In this document: piece after piece, positions 1 to 8,859 of the stretch
Position numbering within the stretch: position 1 is the first letter of the stretch
How the letters are laid out: each line of letters begins with the position of its first letter
Virus record (IMG/VR): IMGVR_UViG_3300033571_007861
Coordinates: 5,871-69,870 of that record
Origin: a virus
Reading direction: 5' to 3' (one strand)
Length of the DNA stretch: 64,000 nucleotides
Notes under the pieces: model-generated
The model's database searches: none
Told to the model about the DNA's origin: nothing
Seen by the model: the letters and a program-made list of their open reading frames with translations, nothing else
Position numbers and translations under genes: made by a program

Positions 1-10
1 TCTGCAATAT

Positions 11-271
11 ATGTCATATGAAAATAAATGGCTGGCGATCTATCAGACATTACAAAAGCACAAAAACCTTGGCGCTGTAAATCAGCAAGCTTTAGACGCT
101 ATCGAAAGCGTTTTCTTTCTCAACGGAATTGAGACGATGAAAAGCAAAGCGCCCAACAATGCGCTTGAAACAAATGCGACAGACGCAAGCGCAAAGGATG
201 GCAGATTATTCTTCGCCGCCGTTGCAGGTATGATTGCGCTTGTGGGTTGTGTCTTTTTGGTTGTGGGTTAG
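11..271 (+). CDS. hypothetical protein with C-terminal transmembrane segment
   Basis: 86-aa ORF with a hydrophobic C-terminus (LFFAAVAGMIALVGCVFLVVG). Confidence 0.55.
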   Translation: MSYENKWLAIYQTLQKHKNLGAVNQQALDAIESVFFLNGIETMKSKAPNNALETNATDASAKDGRLFFAAVAGMIALVGCVFLVVG

Positions 272-287
272 ATGAGGGGAAAACATC

Positions 288-491
288 ATGAAAGACATCG
301 AAACAGTAATCCTCGAACTAACGCCATATGAAGCGGCGATTTTGCGTCATGCCTTGCTTCAAATAACAATTGAATGGCGTCACGGTCTCAGCATAGAGAC
401 AGCGAAACAAATAAACAGCGCTTTAGAGAAAGCAGGGATTAGATTTTTGTGGCCTAACGAAGTGGAGAAAGGCAAAATACTCAAAAATTAA
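288..491 (+). CDS. hypothetical protein, N-terminus paralogous to 10616..10891
   Basis: GAGGGG RBS; ETVILELTPYEAAIL resembles TIILELTPREAAVI. Confidence 0.65.
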   Translation: MKDIETVILELTPYEAAILRHALLQITIEWRHGLSIETAKQINSALEKAGIRFLWPNEVEKGKILKN

Positions 492-519
492 CTTCTCGCA
501 ATTAAAGGAGCAAACAACC

Positions 520-831
520 ATGAAACAACGATTCAAAACAAGCGGCCAAATGGATTATGAATTCGAGGGACTGTTGCTTGATGATAGTGACAATTTCTAC
601 AACGGTTCAGCGCTCATTGTTTATGAGTATGAGCCTTCTGATCCTGAAGTCGGAATCTTTAGCGCTGGATTCGGGTGGAATTTCGAGAACATCACACTTG
701 AAATAGGCGGACACAAAATCGCGATTGATTGGCGGCGCAATCAATCTTTGTTTGATGATATTGAGAAAGCGATCATCAAACAATATGGCGATCACATATC
801 AAGTGAAGTTGAGAGTCACGCGGAACTTTAA
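520..831 (+). CDS. hypothetical acidic phage protein
   Basis: AAGGAG RBS; 103 aa in a tightly packed gene string. Confidence 0.7.
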   Translation: MKQRFKTSGQMDYEFEGLLLDDSDNFYNGSALIVYEYEPSDPEVGIFSAGFGWNFENITLEIGGHKIAIDWRRNQSLFDDIEKAIIKQYGDHISSEVESHAEL

Positions 832-850
832 CTAGCAGGGAGCAAAAACA

Positions 851-1084
851 ATGAAAACATGTGATACTTGCGCGCTTTTACAAGATGCAAAACCAGAACA
901 TGAAGCATATTATATTTGCACTTGGCATTTTTCTGAGCCATTGCCATCAAACGCGCTTACTTGGCACACTTATCGTTTAAAAGACGCTTTATCTAGCGAT
1001 TCTGATAGATGGATTCCAAAAGAGATGATTGCTGGCAAAGCAAAAAAATACCTAAAAGAATGCCCCGCACATAAACCAAAGTAA
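851..1084 (+). CDS. hypothetical Cys-containing protein
   Basis: GGGAG RBS; CxxC near the N-terminus plus later Cys residues. Confidence 0.65.
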   Translation: MKTCDTCALLQDAKPEHEAYYICTWHFSEPLPSNALTWHTYRLKDALSSDSDRWIPKEMIAGKAKKYLKECPAHKPK

Positions 1085-1099
1085 ACAGGAGCAAAGATC

Positions 1100-1429
1100 A
1101 TGACAGACGAAACCGAAATGAAACCGCCGGGACACTATGCAAAGGACGGCGGAAGTTATGATTTAACCGGACACGTTGGGCCGTTGTATAGTTTTGATCG
1201 ACCGGAATGGCCAATGTATAGTTTTGATCGACCGGCTTACATTCTATGGAATGCAATCGGCGCTGAATTGTTTGCTAACGGATGGACCGATGATGAAATA
1301 AAATCTTGGTTGCAATCCAAGGGGCCGCGTTATGAACTTGATGGCGAATTAGGAGATATACTTGAGGCGCTTGGTAAACTTTACGCGCGTAAAGTTATGA
1401 CAGAATATCCAGAATATAAAAAACCGTGA
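1100..1429 (+). CDS. hypothetical protein with internal YSFDRP repeat
   Basis: AGGAG RBS; followed by a terminator. Confidence 0.7.
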   Translation: MTDETEMKPPGHYAKDGGSYDLTGHVGPLYSFDRPEWPMYSFDRPAYILWNAIGAELFANGWTDDEIKSWLQSKGPRYELDGELGDILEALGKLYARKVMTEYPEYKKP

Positions 1430-1436
1430 CTCATAA

Positions 1437-1477
1437 ACCGCCGTAATCTTTTCAGGGTTGCGGCGGTCTCTTTTTTT
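1437..1477 (+). terminator. intrinsic terminator
   Basis: ACCGCCGTAATCTT-TTC-AGGGTTGCGGCGGT stem (with G-U pairs) followed by a T tract. Confidence 0.8.
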
Positions 1478-1971
1478 GCCCATATGTTTACATTCAAGCT
1501 GGCGCTTGCGCGCATGGCGGCGCGCTACGCTGGCCTAGCGGCAAAGCTTAGGCTTCTAGCGGTTAAGTTTGCGCTTTGCGGATTCAATAGCAAGGCCGTT
1601 GGTGTGTTGTTTACAATCGGTCGCTGGCATATATCACAAAAGAGGGAAAGCCTATCCAGCGGCCTGTTTTGTGGCGTCTAGGCGCTATGGGTTTGGATTA
1701 GTGGCCACAGGATAGCGGGAAGGGGCGCTAGAGCGGTTTGGAGAGGGTTGCGAGTATGGGCAGGGGATTAGTGGCGGGATTAGAGGGGCGCGATAGGCGG
1801 GCGGTTTGTGGCTGGTTCGGGGGCTGTGGGAGAGGGAAACAACATTGCAGGATGTTGGGCAATGGTTGGGGGGGGGGGTCATGTGAGAGGGAAAACGGTT
1901 GCGGGATATGGGCGAAAGGTTCATGGCCGGGGGTTGATTCTTTTTTGACCATGGCCCCCGGCGAAAGATTG

Positions 1972-2439
1972 CTACTTTTGCCTCTCTATTTCTAAAAGAA
2001 GAAGCTTTCTTTCCTGTTTCAAAATTTTTATTTCTATTTTCTTCCGATACTTTTCCTCTCTAGCTTTTAAATAAGCGTTGCGCGCTTCTTCTTCTGTCTT
2101 AAAAGTTCCGACCGACCTACTTTTGCCTTCGTCTGATAATCGCGCGACGAAAGTTCCATTCCATTGTCGGCTGTAACCTTTAGCGTTCGTTTTTGGAATT
2201 TCTTCGGAGATTGGTTTTATCACGCCTCGATGACGTTGCTTTTTTGGTTTTATGTCATCGGGGTCGTCTTTTGCCTTTGCTTCATTATAAGCGGCAATGG
2301 CTTCTTCTTTGGTTTCAAAAGAACCAAGGTAAATTGGTTTGAACTTGTGAACGCGCGCTGCATATCTGCCGGTCGGCAATCTATGAACGCCGGGATGCTT
2401 TGCATCTAAATCGGGATTGTTTAAGTTATTATCAGCCAT
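1972..2439 (-). CDS. AP2-domain DNA-binding protein (two AP2-like repeats)
   Basis: GVHRLPTGRYAARV..YLGSFETKEEAIAAYN and GYSRQWNGTFVARL..SVGTFKTEEEARNAY. Confidence 0.8.
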   Translation of the reverse strand: MADNNLNNPDLDAKHPGVHRLPTGRYAARVHKFKPIYLGSFETKEEAIAAYNEAKAKDDPDDIKPKKQRHRGVIKPISEEIPKTNAKGYSRQWNGTFVARLSDEGKSRSVGTFKTEEEARNAYLKAREEKYRKKIEIKILKQERKLLLLEIERQK

Positions 2440-2440
2440 G

Positions 2441-2536
2441 ACCGATATGCCTCTGTCGGTTAGTGGTTAGAAGCCGGGAGACGTTGGCGCGTTTCCCGGC
2501 TTTGTTTTTATATGCTGAAAATGGATATAACTTCAA
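2441..2536 (-). promoter_or_regulatory. sigma70-like promoter plus two-hairpin leader of the AP2 gene
   Basis: TTGAAG-N16-CATATA on the - strand; hairpins at 2471-2502 and 2441-2460; same layout as 22971-23068. Confidence 0.6.
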
Positions 2537-2581
2537 GAGAAGAAACAGGTGGATTGATGCAGGTTTTACGCTGGACGTAAA

Positions 2582-2738
2582 AGGTGCTTCCACAGAATCT
2601 TTGTAATATCAATTTGTTCAAGTATAGTTACCCTTCTCCCTTTTTTCTCTTTTTTCTCTTTTTCCCCTTCTTTTTAAATTTCCAACGGGTAGGATATACC
2701 TGATGAAAATGATAATTCAAAGATTCTGTTGTGAACCT
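2582..2738. repeat. long imperfect inverted repeat around a pyrimidine tract
   Basis: ACAGAATCTTTG (2592-2603) and CAAAGATTCTGT (2718-2729) form a perfect core; arms of about 50 nt align. Confidence 0.7.
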
Positions 2739-2873
2739 TCCTTGTTTACTCCTGTTTTATCTTCCATTTTTGCATATTTTGCTTGATAAGCATTTTTCTT
2801 TTAATACAAACTTGTCGCTGTTTCCCCCCGTCGCTTTCCTTGTGCTATCGTCTCAAAATGCTTCGGAGGCTCT

Positions 2874-3380
2874 TTGATGCGTAAAAGTGAACTTGTTCTA
2901 GAGAATAACTTGCGTCAATGGTTGCGCTCAGTTTGGAAGAAAAGCGGAATCGGTTTGCAATGGATTGAACCGGCGAAAGGTTCTTCAGTCGGTTTTCCTG
3001 ATGTTTTAATTCCCGTTTGTGGCAAACTTATTCCGCTCGAATTGAAAGCCTGCAAAAGAGATATGAAAGATAATCTTATTTTGAACGATACAAATAAAGG
3101 TTATGCTTTTCACTGTGATGTTCGCCCATCTCAAAAACGCTTTCATTTATTGGCGCAAAATGAGCGCATCTTTTCAGGCTTCCTTGTCGCAAACGGAACG
3201 GAAAGAAGTTTCGATGTTTGGCTGTCATCGAATGAATTTCACGCATGGGAAAAGCATGAAAATCCCGGCCAAGTTTTGATTGCGTCGAATCAAACTAAAA
3301 GCGCCTCAATAATTCGGGCGGATTTCTGCGAGATTTTGCTTGAAATGATGCAAAATTACAGATCAAAAATAAATGTTTGA
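2874..3380 (+). CDS. PD-(D/E)XK nuclease (VRR-NUC/Holliday-junction-resolvase-like)
   Basis: E...GFPDVL...LELK motif followed by VRPSQKRF. Confidence 0.7.
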   Translation: MMRKSELVLENNLRQWLRSVWKKSGIGLQWIEPAKGSSVGFPDVLIPVCGKLIPLELKACKRDMKDNLILNDTNKGYAFHCDVRPSQKRFHLLAQNERIFSGFLVANGTERSFDVWLSSNEFHAWEKHENPGQVLIASNQTKSASIIRADFCEILLEMMQNYRSKINV

Positions 3381-3536
3381 GTAAAAGAACTTAACATAAC
3401 TTATTGAACTAGAATAATTAAGTATATTTTGTGCCGCCGTTTATTGGTTTGGAATAAATGGACAAATCAAATTTTTATACTTATTCTCAATCAAACGTTT
3501 TTCTACTTTTCTCAAAAAGTCTGGAGATTCTGTAAA

Positions 3537-4001
3537 ATGTCAAGAGTTCCTTCGCCTGCTCAACTTGCTGCAAGGATCAAACCGGGCCAAGTTTTGAACC
3601 CGAACGGTCGGCCCAAAAAAGTTTTGACGGCGCAAGAGGTTTTTGAACAAAGAGTGCGGAGCGATTTAAAAACGGCGGCGAAAGAATTTTCACCGCAAGC
3701 GTTGCGTATTTTAGTTGAGATAATGAATGACACAGCGGTTGCGGCTCAACATCGGTTATCTGCGGCGAATAGCGTTTTAGATAGAGCGCATGGAAAACCA
3801 ACTCATCATACAGATGTTAGCGTCGGCGTTTATGAGCGCATGTCGGATAAAGAACTTATCAAGTTCCTGACTGGCAAAGATATTACGGGCGACGTAATTG
3901 AGCATGATTTGAGCGCCGACGATTCAAGTAACGAGAGATATGACGACGAAGAAACATCGTCAAGCGAAGATGATGAATCAACCATGGACGGTGAATCATG
4001 A
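3537..4001 (+). CDS. terS: terminase small subunit (DUF5681-like)
   Basis: KPGQVLNPNGRPK and AANSVLDRAHGKP motifs; upstream of TerL; start moved to ATG 3537. Confidence 0.7.
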   Translation: MSRVPSPAQLAARIKPGQVLNPNGRPKKVLTAQEVFEQRVRSDLKTAAKEFSPQALRILVEIMNDTAVAAQHRLSAANSVLDRAHGKPTHHTDVSVGVYERMSDKELIKFLTGKDITGDVIEHDLSADDSSNERYDDEETSSSEDDESTMDGES

Positions 4002-4201
4002 GCGCTTATGTTTTGAGGTTGCCTGAAGGAAAACTAGATTACATTGTATTAGATCGCAATTTTCCTACGCGGTTTAATCGCAATATGCACTATAAGGATT
4101 TGCGACAAGCTGAAAAATATCGCGTGACAGGCTGGTTCTTTTTGCCTGCCTGCGTTTTGCCATGGAATGTTTCTCCAAAGAAGAAAGCAAACAAATCATG
4201 A
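3998..4201 (+). CDS. hypothetical protein
   Basis: ATGA overlap with the terS stop. Confidence 0.55.
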   Translation: MSAYVLRLPEGKLDYIVLDRNFPTRFNRNMHYKDLRQAEKYRVTGWFFLPACVLPWNVSPKKKANKS

Positions 4202-4317
4202 GCCTTCTTGACTGGGCTTTTGTTATTGCTCTTTTGTTATCGCTTGCACAAGTTGTGTTTGCTTTTATTTACGTTGTGCGCGCGTTCATCAAAGACTTAA
4301 CAACGGACAAGTGGTGA
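4198..4317 (+). CDS. small membrane protein (39 aa, not in the ORF track)
   Basis: ATGA-coupled to the previous ORF; MSLLDWAFVIALLLSLAQVVFAFYYVVRAF... Confidence 0.55.
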   Translation: MSLLDWAFVIALLLSLAQVVFAFIYVVRAFIKDLTTDKW

Positions 4318-4393
4318 TGAAACGTTTTACATATTACGACTTACGTAAACCGTAAACCCTGTTACGCCTTACGTAATACGTAAAGGATAAACC

Positions 4394-4504
4394 ATGGACG
4401 CCAAAACTTTCTTGTTCGTTGTCATGCCAGTGATCGTGATCGTTTGGATTGCGCTCATCTATGCTTGCATAGACATCGAAAACAATAAGCCAAAGGACAA
4501 ATAA
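4394..4504 (+). CDS. small membrane protein (36 aa, not in the ORF track)
   Basis: AAGGA RBS; MDAKTFLFVVMPVIVIVWIALIYAC... Confidence 0.5.
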   Translation: MDAKTFLFVVMPVIVIVWIALIYACIDIENNKPKDK

Positions 4505-4507
4505 TCA

Positions 4508-5266
4508 ATGCCGCTGGTGTATGAACATTGGCGGTCCGACACGAATGAGTGTTTTTATGTTGGCATGAGCGTTCTTGATGAAACAGGCGCTAATGCTAGA
4601 GCAACAAACTACAAGAGACCATTTAACAAACATCATTGCAGCGTTGTAAGCAAACTTAAATTATTAAACTTAGAACCTTTCACCGTTATCGTTGAAACAT
4701 ACGCCGATGCAGAATCAGCCAAGGCGCGAGAGAAAATGCAGATTGCATATAGACGCGCGACAATAGGAAACAAACTAACTAACATCACGGACGGCGGTGA
4801 TGGCGGCCCAATCATGTTTGGCAAAGACAACCCAATGTCTAGGCCCGACGTGCGACGTAAAGCAATGCTTTACTTGAAGGGAGACGATCATCATTCAAAG
4901 CGCCCTGAACATAGGTTAAGCGCCTCGCTGCGTATGCAGGGCAAACAAAACCCTATGAAGCGCCCTGAAGTAAGGAACAAAGTTTTATCAGCAAAGAACG
5001 TGGCGCGCAAAAACGAAGCTCTTAAACAATGGCGCAACTCCGATGCAGGAAGAATCCGAATCATTCAACTATCAAAGCGAATTAAGGAATCAGGAGAGCG
5101 GCGCGGCGAAAACAATTCTAATGCTAAACTAACATCAAAACAGGTTGCAAGAATTAGAGAGATATTAGAAGGCAATAAGTTGACGCTAGTTGAAACCGCA
5201 AGGTTGTTTGGTGTATCTGTCAAAACAATTAAGCGAATTAAATACAAAGAAAGTTGGAACGACTAA
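4508..5266 (+). CDS. free-standing GIY-YIG-like homing endonuclease with C-terminal HTH
   Basis: VYEHW..FYVG and LTNITDGGDG motifs, NPMxRPEVR repeats, GENNSNAKLT-HTH; stop overlaps the terL start. Confidence 0.8.
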   Translation: MPLVYEHWRSDTNECFYVGMSVLDETGANARATNYKRPFNKHHCSVVSKLKLLNLEPFTVIVETYADAESAKAREKMQIAYRRATIGNKLTNITDGGDGGPIMFGKDNPMSRPDVRRKAMLYLKGDDHHSKRPEHRLSASLRMQGKQNPMKRPEVRNKVLSAKNVARKNEALKQWRNSDAGRIRIIQLSKRIKESGERRGENNSNAKLTSKQVARIREILEGNKLTLVETARLFGVSVKTIKRIKYKESWND

Positions 5267-7824
5267 TGAGCGAAGAATTTGAAATAGAACTTGATCCGCG
5301 AGAGTTGCTAAAGCTTCCGCGCAATGAACTTGTAGCAAGAGCCGAAGCAAAGCGGATTTACGATATACGTAAATCAAAAAAGGCTTGCGAAGAATCTTTA
5401 ATTGAATTTGTTCGACAGTCTTGGCATGTCATTGAACCAGCGCAACCGTTCGTTGATGGTTGGGTGCTACACGCCATAGCCATGCACCTAGAGGCCGTGA
5501 CCGATGGAGAGATAAACAGACTCTTGGTCAACGTGCCGCCCGGATTTTCAAAATCGACTTTGACATCTGTTATGTGGCCTGCATGGGAGTGGGGACCGCG
5601 CGATATGCCGCATAAACGCTACCTTGCAACATCACACTCTCAAAACCTTGCTATTCGTGATTCAACTAAAATGCGCCGTTTGATTTCATCCGAATGGTAT
5701 CAAGAACGATGGGGCGATAGAGTAAAACTTACTGGCGATCAAAACAGCAAACTTAAATTTGAAAACACGCAAGCCGGATTTAGAGAAGCAACCGCGTTTA
5801 CAAGTTTGACGGGTGTTAGGGCGTCAACCGTTATCATTGACGATCCGCACAGTGTTGATAGCGCCGCGTCTGAAGCAATGAGAGATGCAACTGTAACAAC
5901 ATTCCTTGAAGCGGTGCCAACGCGACTTGTTGATCCAATCAAATCGGCAATCGTTGTGATAATGCAAAGGCTACATGAGAGCGACGTATCAGGCGTTATT
6001 ATAGAAAAGAACTTAGGCTATACGCATTTATGTTTGCCAATGGAATATGATCCGTTGCGGCATTGTGAAACCGAAGTAGGATTTAGCGATCCGCGAAGCG
6101 AAGAAGGTGAATTGCTTTTTGCAGAACGCTTTCCAAAAGAAATTGTTGAACGTGATAAGGCCGCACTTGGTCCCTATGCTTGCAACACCGGAGAGGCCCC
6201 GATTTTGATGGCGGACCTGTCTTTAAAAAGGATAGATGAAATTGTTGAAGGAGATGAAATTCTTGGTTGGTCAAAAAAGGAAAAAGGAAAGTCAAAAATT
6301 CATAAAACAAAAGTTGAAGCCGTTTATAAATATAGAGCGCAAGTTGTAAAAATGACGCTTGATAGCGGGGAGGTAATTCGATGCACAAAAGACCACAAAT
6401 GGTGGACTGCTAGGTATGAAAGGGGACGCAAAGAATATGCGCCCGCAAACATTGGAACTGATTTGGCGCGAGTTTGCCCGTCTTCTTTTGATAAACTTTC
6501 AATGGAAGATGAACGCCTAGCAGGATGGCTTTCCGGTTTTTTTGATGGCGAAGGAACAGTCAGTGTTTGTGCAAAAGACGGAGCCAACAAATATAATCCA
6601 AGTTATCAAATTCATTTTTATCAAACGGCTGAAAAAAACTTGCCAATTTGCGAAAAACTGGAATACGCTTTAGATAAACTTGGTTTTAATTATAAATTAT
6701 ATGAAACCCCATCAAGACAAAACAAAACAGGAGCGACCGGAAACAAATGGCAAAAATCCAGAATATATACTTTGCAAAACAACCAACATGCTCTTGGGCT
6801 GGCTCAAAAATTTATGAATATAGTTCAGCCGGTAAAGTGGGCGGATAGAGTTCAGGCCATGGCCGAAGGCTCTAAGTTTGTTAAACAATGGGAAAAAGTT
6901 GTATCTATAGAACCCGATGGGGAAGATGATGTTTACGCTTTGACAACGGGGACAGGCAACTATGTTGTTTGGGGTTTGGCATCTTCAAATTCCGCAGGCC
7001 AATTCCAACAATCACCATCCCCGCGCGGTGGTGGAATAATCAAACGAGATTGGTGGTCACTCTACGACGATGAAGTTGCAAAAACAAATGGAATAGGTGG
7101 AGCACACAAATATCCGCCGATGGATTATATTATCGCGTCGCTTGATACTGCATACACGGAGAAAAAAGAAAACGACCCAAGTGCATTGACGATCTGGGGT
7201 GTATGGCAGCGCGGTGGTCAATCGGCTAGGCGTATATTGTCGCGTGACAGTGAAGTATCAGACTTGATTGATGACCGTGATACGGTTCCATCTTTGATGC
7301 TTATGTATGCGTGGGAGAAACGATTGCCTATACACGGCCCTGACATTCAACGCATGGAAGGGGAGAGCGATACCGCTTTCCGTATTAGGCAACGCGAGAA
7401 CATGGGCCTAGTTGAACATGTGATTGAGGCTTGCAACCGATACAATGTTGATATGCTTTTGATCGAGGCCAAGGCATCTGGTATATCGGTGGCGCAAGAG
7501 ATAAAGAGGCTTAATCGCACTAATACATGGGGCGTTGAGTTGATTAACCCCGGCAACGCCGACAAGGTAGCAAGGGCCTATGCGGTTCAACCTATCTTTA
7601 GTAACGGTGCGGTGTTTGCCCCCGACAAGGAGTGGGCGGATAAGGTCATTACACAGTTTGAAGTTTTCCCTAAAGGCAAGCACGATGACTTGGTTGACTC
7701 TTGCACACAGGGGTTGAAGTATTTGAGAGAGCGCAATCTTATTCGCAGGCCGGAGGAGGTTGTAGCGGAAATCAAAAACCAAGGGGCATACAACCCTATG
7801 CTCCCGCCCTTGTATGATGTATAG
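5266..7824 (+). CDS. terL: terminase large subunit, interrupted by an intein
   Basis: Walker A NVPPGFSKS, Walker B IIDDPH, C-motif MQRLH, nuclease LDTA..IEAKASG..HDDLVDS. Confidence 0.95.
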   Translation: MSEEFEIELDPRELLKLPRNELVARAEAKRIYDIRKSKKACEESLIEFVRQSWHVIEPAQPFVDGWVLHAIAMHLEAVTDGEINRLLVNVPPGFSKSTLTSVMWPAWEWGPRDMPHKRYLATSHSQNLAIRDSTKMRRLISSEWYQERWGDRVKLTGDQNSKLKFENTQAGFREATAFTSLTGVRASTVIIDDPHSVDSAASEAMRDATVTTFLEAVPTRLVDPIKSAIVVIMQRLHESDVSGVIIEKNLGYTHLCLPMEYDPLRHCETEVGFSDPRSEEGELLFAERFPKEIVERDKAALGPYACNTGEAPILMADLSLKRIDEIVEGDEILGWSKKEKGKSKIHKTKVEAVYKYRAQVVKMTLDSGEVIRCTKDHKWWTARYERGRKEYAPANIGTDLARVCPSSFDKLSMEDERLAGWLSGFFDGEGTVSVCAKDGANKYNPSYQIHFYQTAEKNLPICEKLEYALDKLGFNYKLYETPSRQNKTGATGNKWQKSRIYTLQNNQHALGLAQKFMNIVQPVKWADRVQAMAEGSKFVKQWEKVVSIEPDGEDDVYALTTGTGNYVVWGLASSNSAGQFQQSPSPRGGGIIKRDWWSLYDDEVAKTNGIGGAHKYPPMDYIIASLDTAYTEKKENDPSALTIWGVWQRGGQSARRILSRDSEVSDLIDDRDTVPSLMLMYAWEKRLPIHGPDIQRMEGESDTAFRIRQRENMGLVEHVIEACNRYNVDMLLIEAKASGISVAQEIKRLNRTNTWGVELINPGNADKVARAYAVQPIFSNGAVFAPDKEWADKVITQFEVFPKGKHDDLVDSCTQGLKYLRERNLIRRPEEVVAEIKNQGAYNPMLPPLYDV
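6181..6990 (+). mobile_element. intein (270 aa) with a LAGLIDADG endonuclease motif, inside TerL
   Basis: block A CNTGEAPILMAD, block B IRCTKDHKW, LAGWLSGFFDGEG, block F/G VYALTTGTGNYVVWGLASSN then +1 Ser; removal rejoins GPYA|SAGQFQQSP. Confidence 0.92.
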
Positions 7825-7835
7825 GGTGAATATGC

Positions 7836-7909
7836 GCTGGCTTAGTATAAAGGCATTACAGATGATTTGTAATCTTCAAATAGGGGTTCGATTCCCTTAG
7901 CCAGCACCA
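7836..7909 (+). tRNA. tRNA-Thr(UGU)
   Basis: GCTGGCT/AGCCAGC acceptor, TTTGTAA anticodon loop, GGTTCGATTCC T-arm, encoded CCA; one anticodon-stem mismatch. Confidence 0.88.
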
Positions 7910-7922
7910 AGGAAACTTTTGC

Positions 7923-8150
7923 GTGAAAACCCTTTCCGACATCCGTAAAAGGTCAGCGGCGATTCAGGATCGTTTGTCTGATTTGTTTTGTGAGTTACGG
8001 GATGCGGAAGACCAGCAATCTAAAGCTTTAGAGTTAGCTGAGGAGATTGCAAAATTGTTGTATGAGGATAAGGTGCTGCAATATAACTTGCGTCATCATG
8101 AGCAAGTGACGGCGCAATTGTTGAGCGCCAAGTGTTCGGGGCCGCATTAG
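7923..8150 (+). CDS. hypothetical coiled-coil protein
   Basis: 75-aa helical ORF after the tRNA. Confidence 0.55.
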   Translation: MKTLSDIRKRSAAIQDRLSDLFCELRDAEDQQSKALELAEEIAKLLYEDKVLQYNLRHHEQVTAQLLSAKCSGPH

Positions 8151-8163
8151 GGAGCAAAGGTCA

Positions 8164-8370
8164 ATGTATGAATTCATGACGGCTGAGAAGGTAGGCAAAG
8201 AGGAAGCTAAAACAAAATGTTGTCCTGTTTGGTCTTTGCCTTCTAGGACAAATGAAAAACTATATTCCGTTGTTTTCCCTTGTGATGTTGGCGAGTGTTT
8301 TTATTGGATGGATAAGGACGAAGAATTCGGGATTTGTATTAAATTGCAGAAACAAGAGGATCAATCATGA
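8164..8370 (+). CDS. hypothetical Cys-rich protein
   Basis: GGGAG RBS; KCCP..CDVGECFYW..GIC pattern. Confidence 0.65.
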   Translation: MYEFMTAEKVGKEEAKTKCCPVWSLPSRTNEKLYSVVFPCDVGECFYWMDKDEEFGICIKLQKQEDQS

Positions 8371-8543
8371 TCTACTCCCTCTCCGAGTCCGACCGTGTAT
8401 TTGAGTTGCTGATGGAAAAGTTTGGTATGTTTGACTATACCTACTGGCGCTCTGATATAGGTTTGATTCGGTCTAGGGGGTATTATGATGGTGGGTGGCT
8501 AGAGGGCCGTAGGGTGGATTTGGTGGTTTATTGGGGTGCATAA
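8367..8543 (+). CDS. small protein (58 aa) ending in YWGA, not in the ORF track
   Basis: GAGGA RBS, ATGA overlap; MIYSLSESDRVFELLMEKFGMFDYTYWRSDIGLIRSRGYYDGGWLEGRRVDLVVYWGA*. Confidence 0.7.
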   Translation: MIYSLSESDRVFELLMEKFGMFDYTYWRSDIGLIRSRGYYDGGWLEGRRVDLVVYWGA

Positions 8544-8559
8544 CAAAGGAGTAAGCACT

Positions 8560-8859
8560 ATGTTGAAACGTCTAATGTCTGCTGTTCGTGCCTTTCGTTT
8601 TGAATGGAGGCACTATAGCGATAACACTGATTGGTCGCAGAGGTTTGATCTTTGGAAGAAAGACGATAACGCTTTCAAAATCACACATGAAGTATTTACG
8701 CGCCATCCAGATGACACGGTTGTTCAGGCACCTGTTAATCTTAAGCGTCGTTGTGTTGATGCGAACGGCAATGTGCGCTTTTTTGATGATATTCCAAATG
8801 GTTGCACTTTGGCTGACTACGGCGAAAATATTTTTTCAACATCTTCTGGACAACCCTAA
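8560..8859 (+). CDS. hypothetical protein
   Basis: AAGGAG RBS before ATG 8560. Confidence 0.65.
   Translation: MLKRLMSAVRAFRFEWRHYSDNTDWSQRFDLWKKDDNAFKITHEVFTRHPDDTVVQAPVNLKRRCVDANGNVRFFDDIPNGCTLADYGENIFSTSSGQP

Noticed and set aside
500-1100. Repeated GGAGCAAA upstream of small genes as a special element
   Set aside because: Adequately explained as an ordinary Shine-Dalgarno sequence plus an A-rich spacer.
1484-1995. ORFs 1484..1681, 1685..1924, 1728..1952 and 1738..1995
   Set aside because: No RBS, low-complexity products that reflect the G skew, and located after a terminator.
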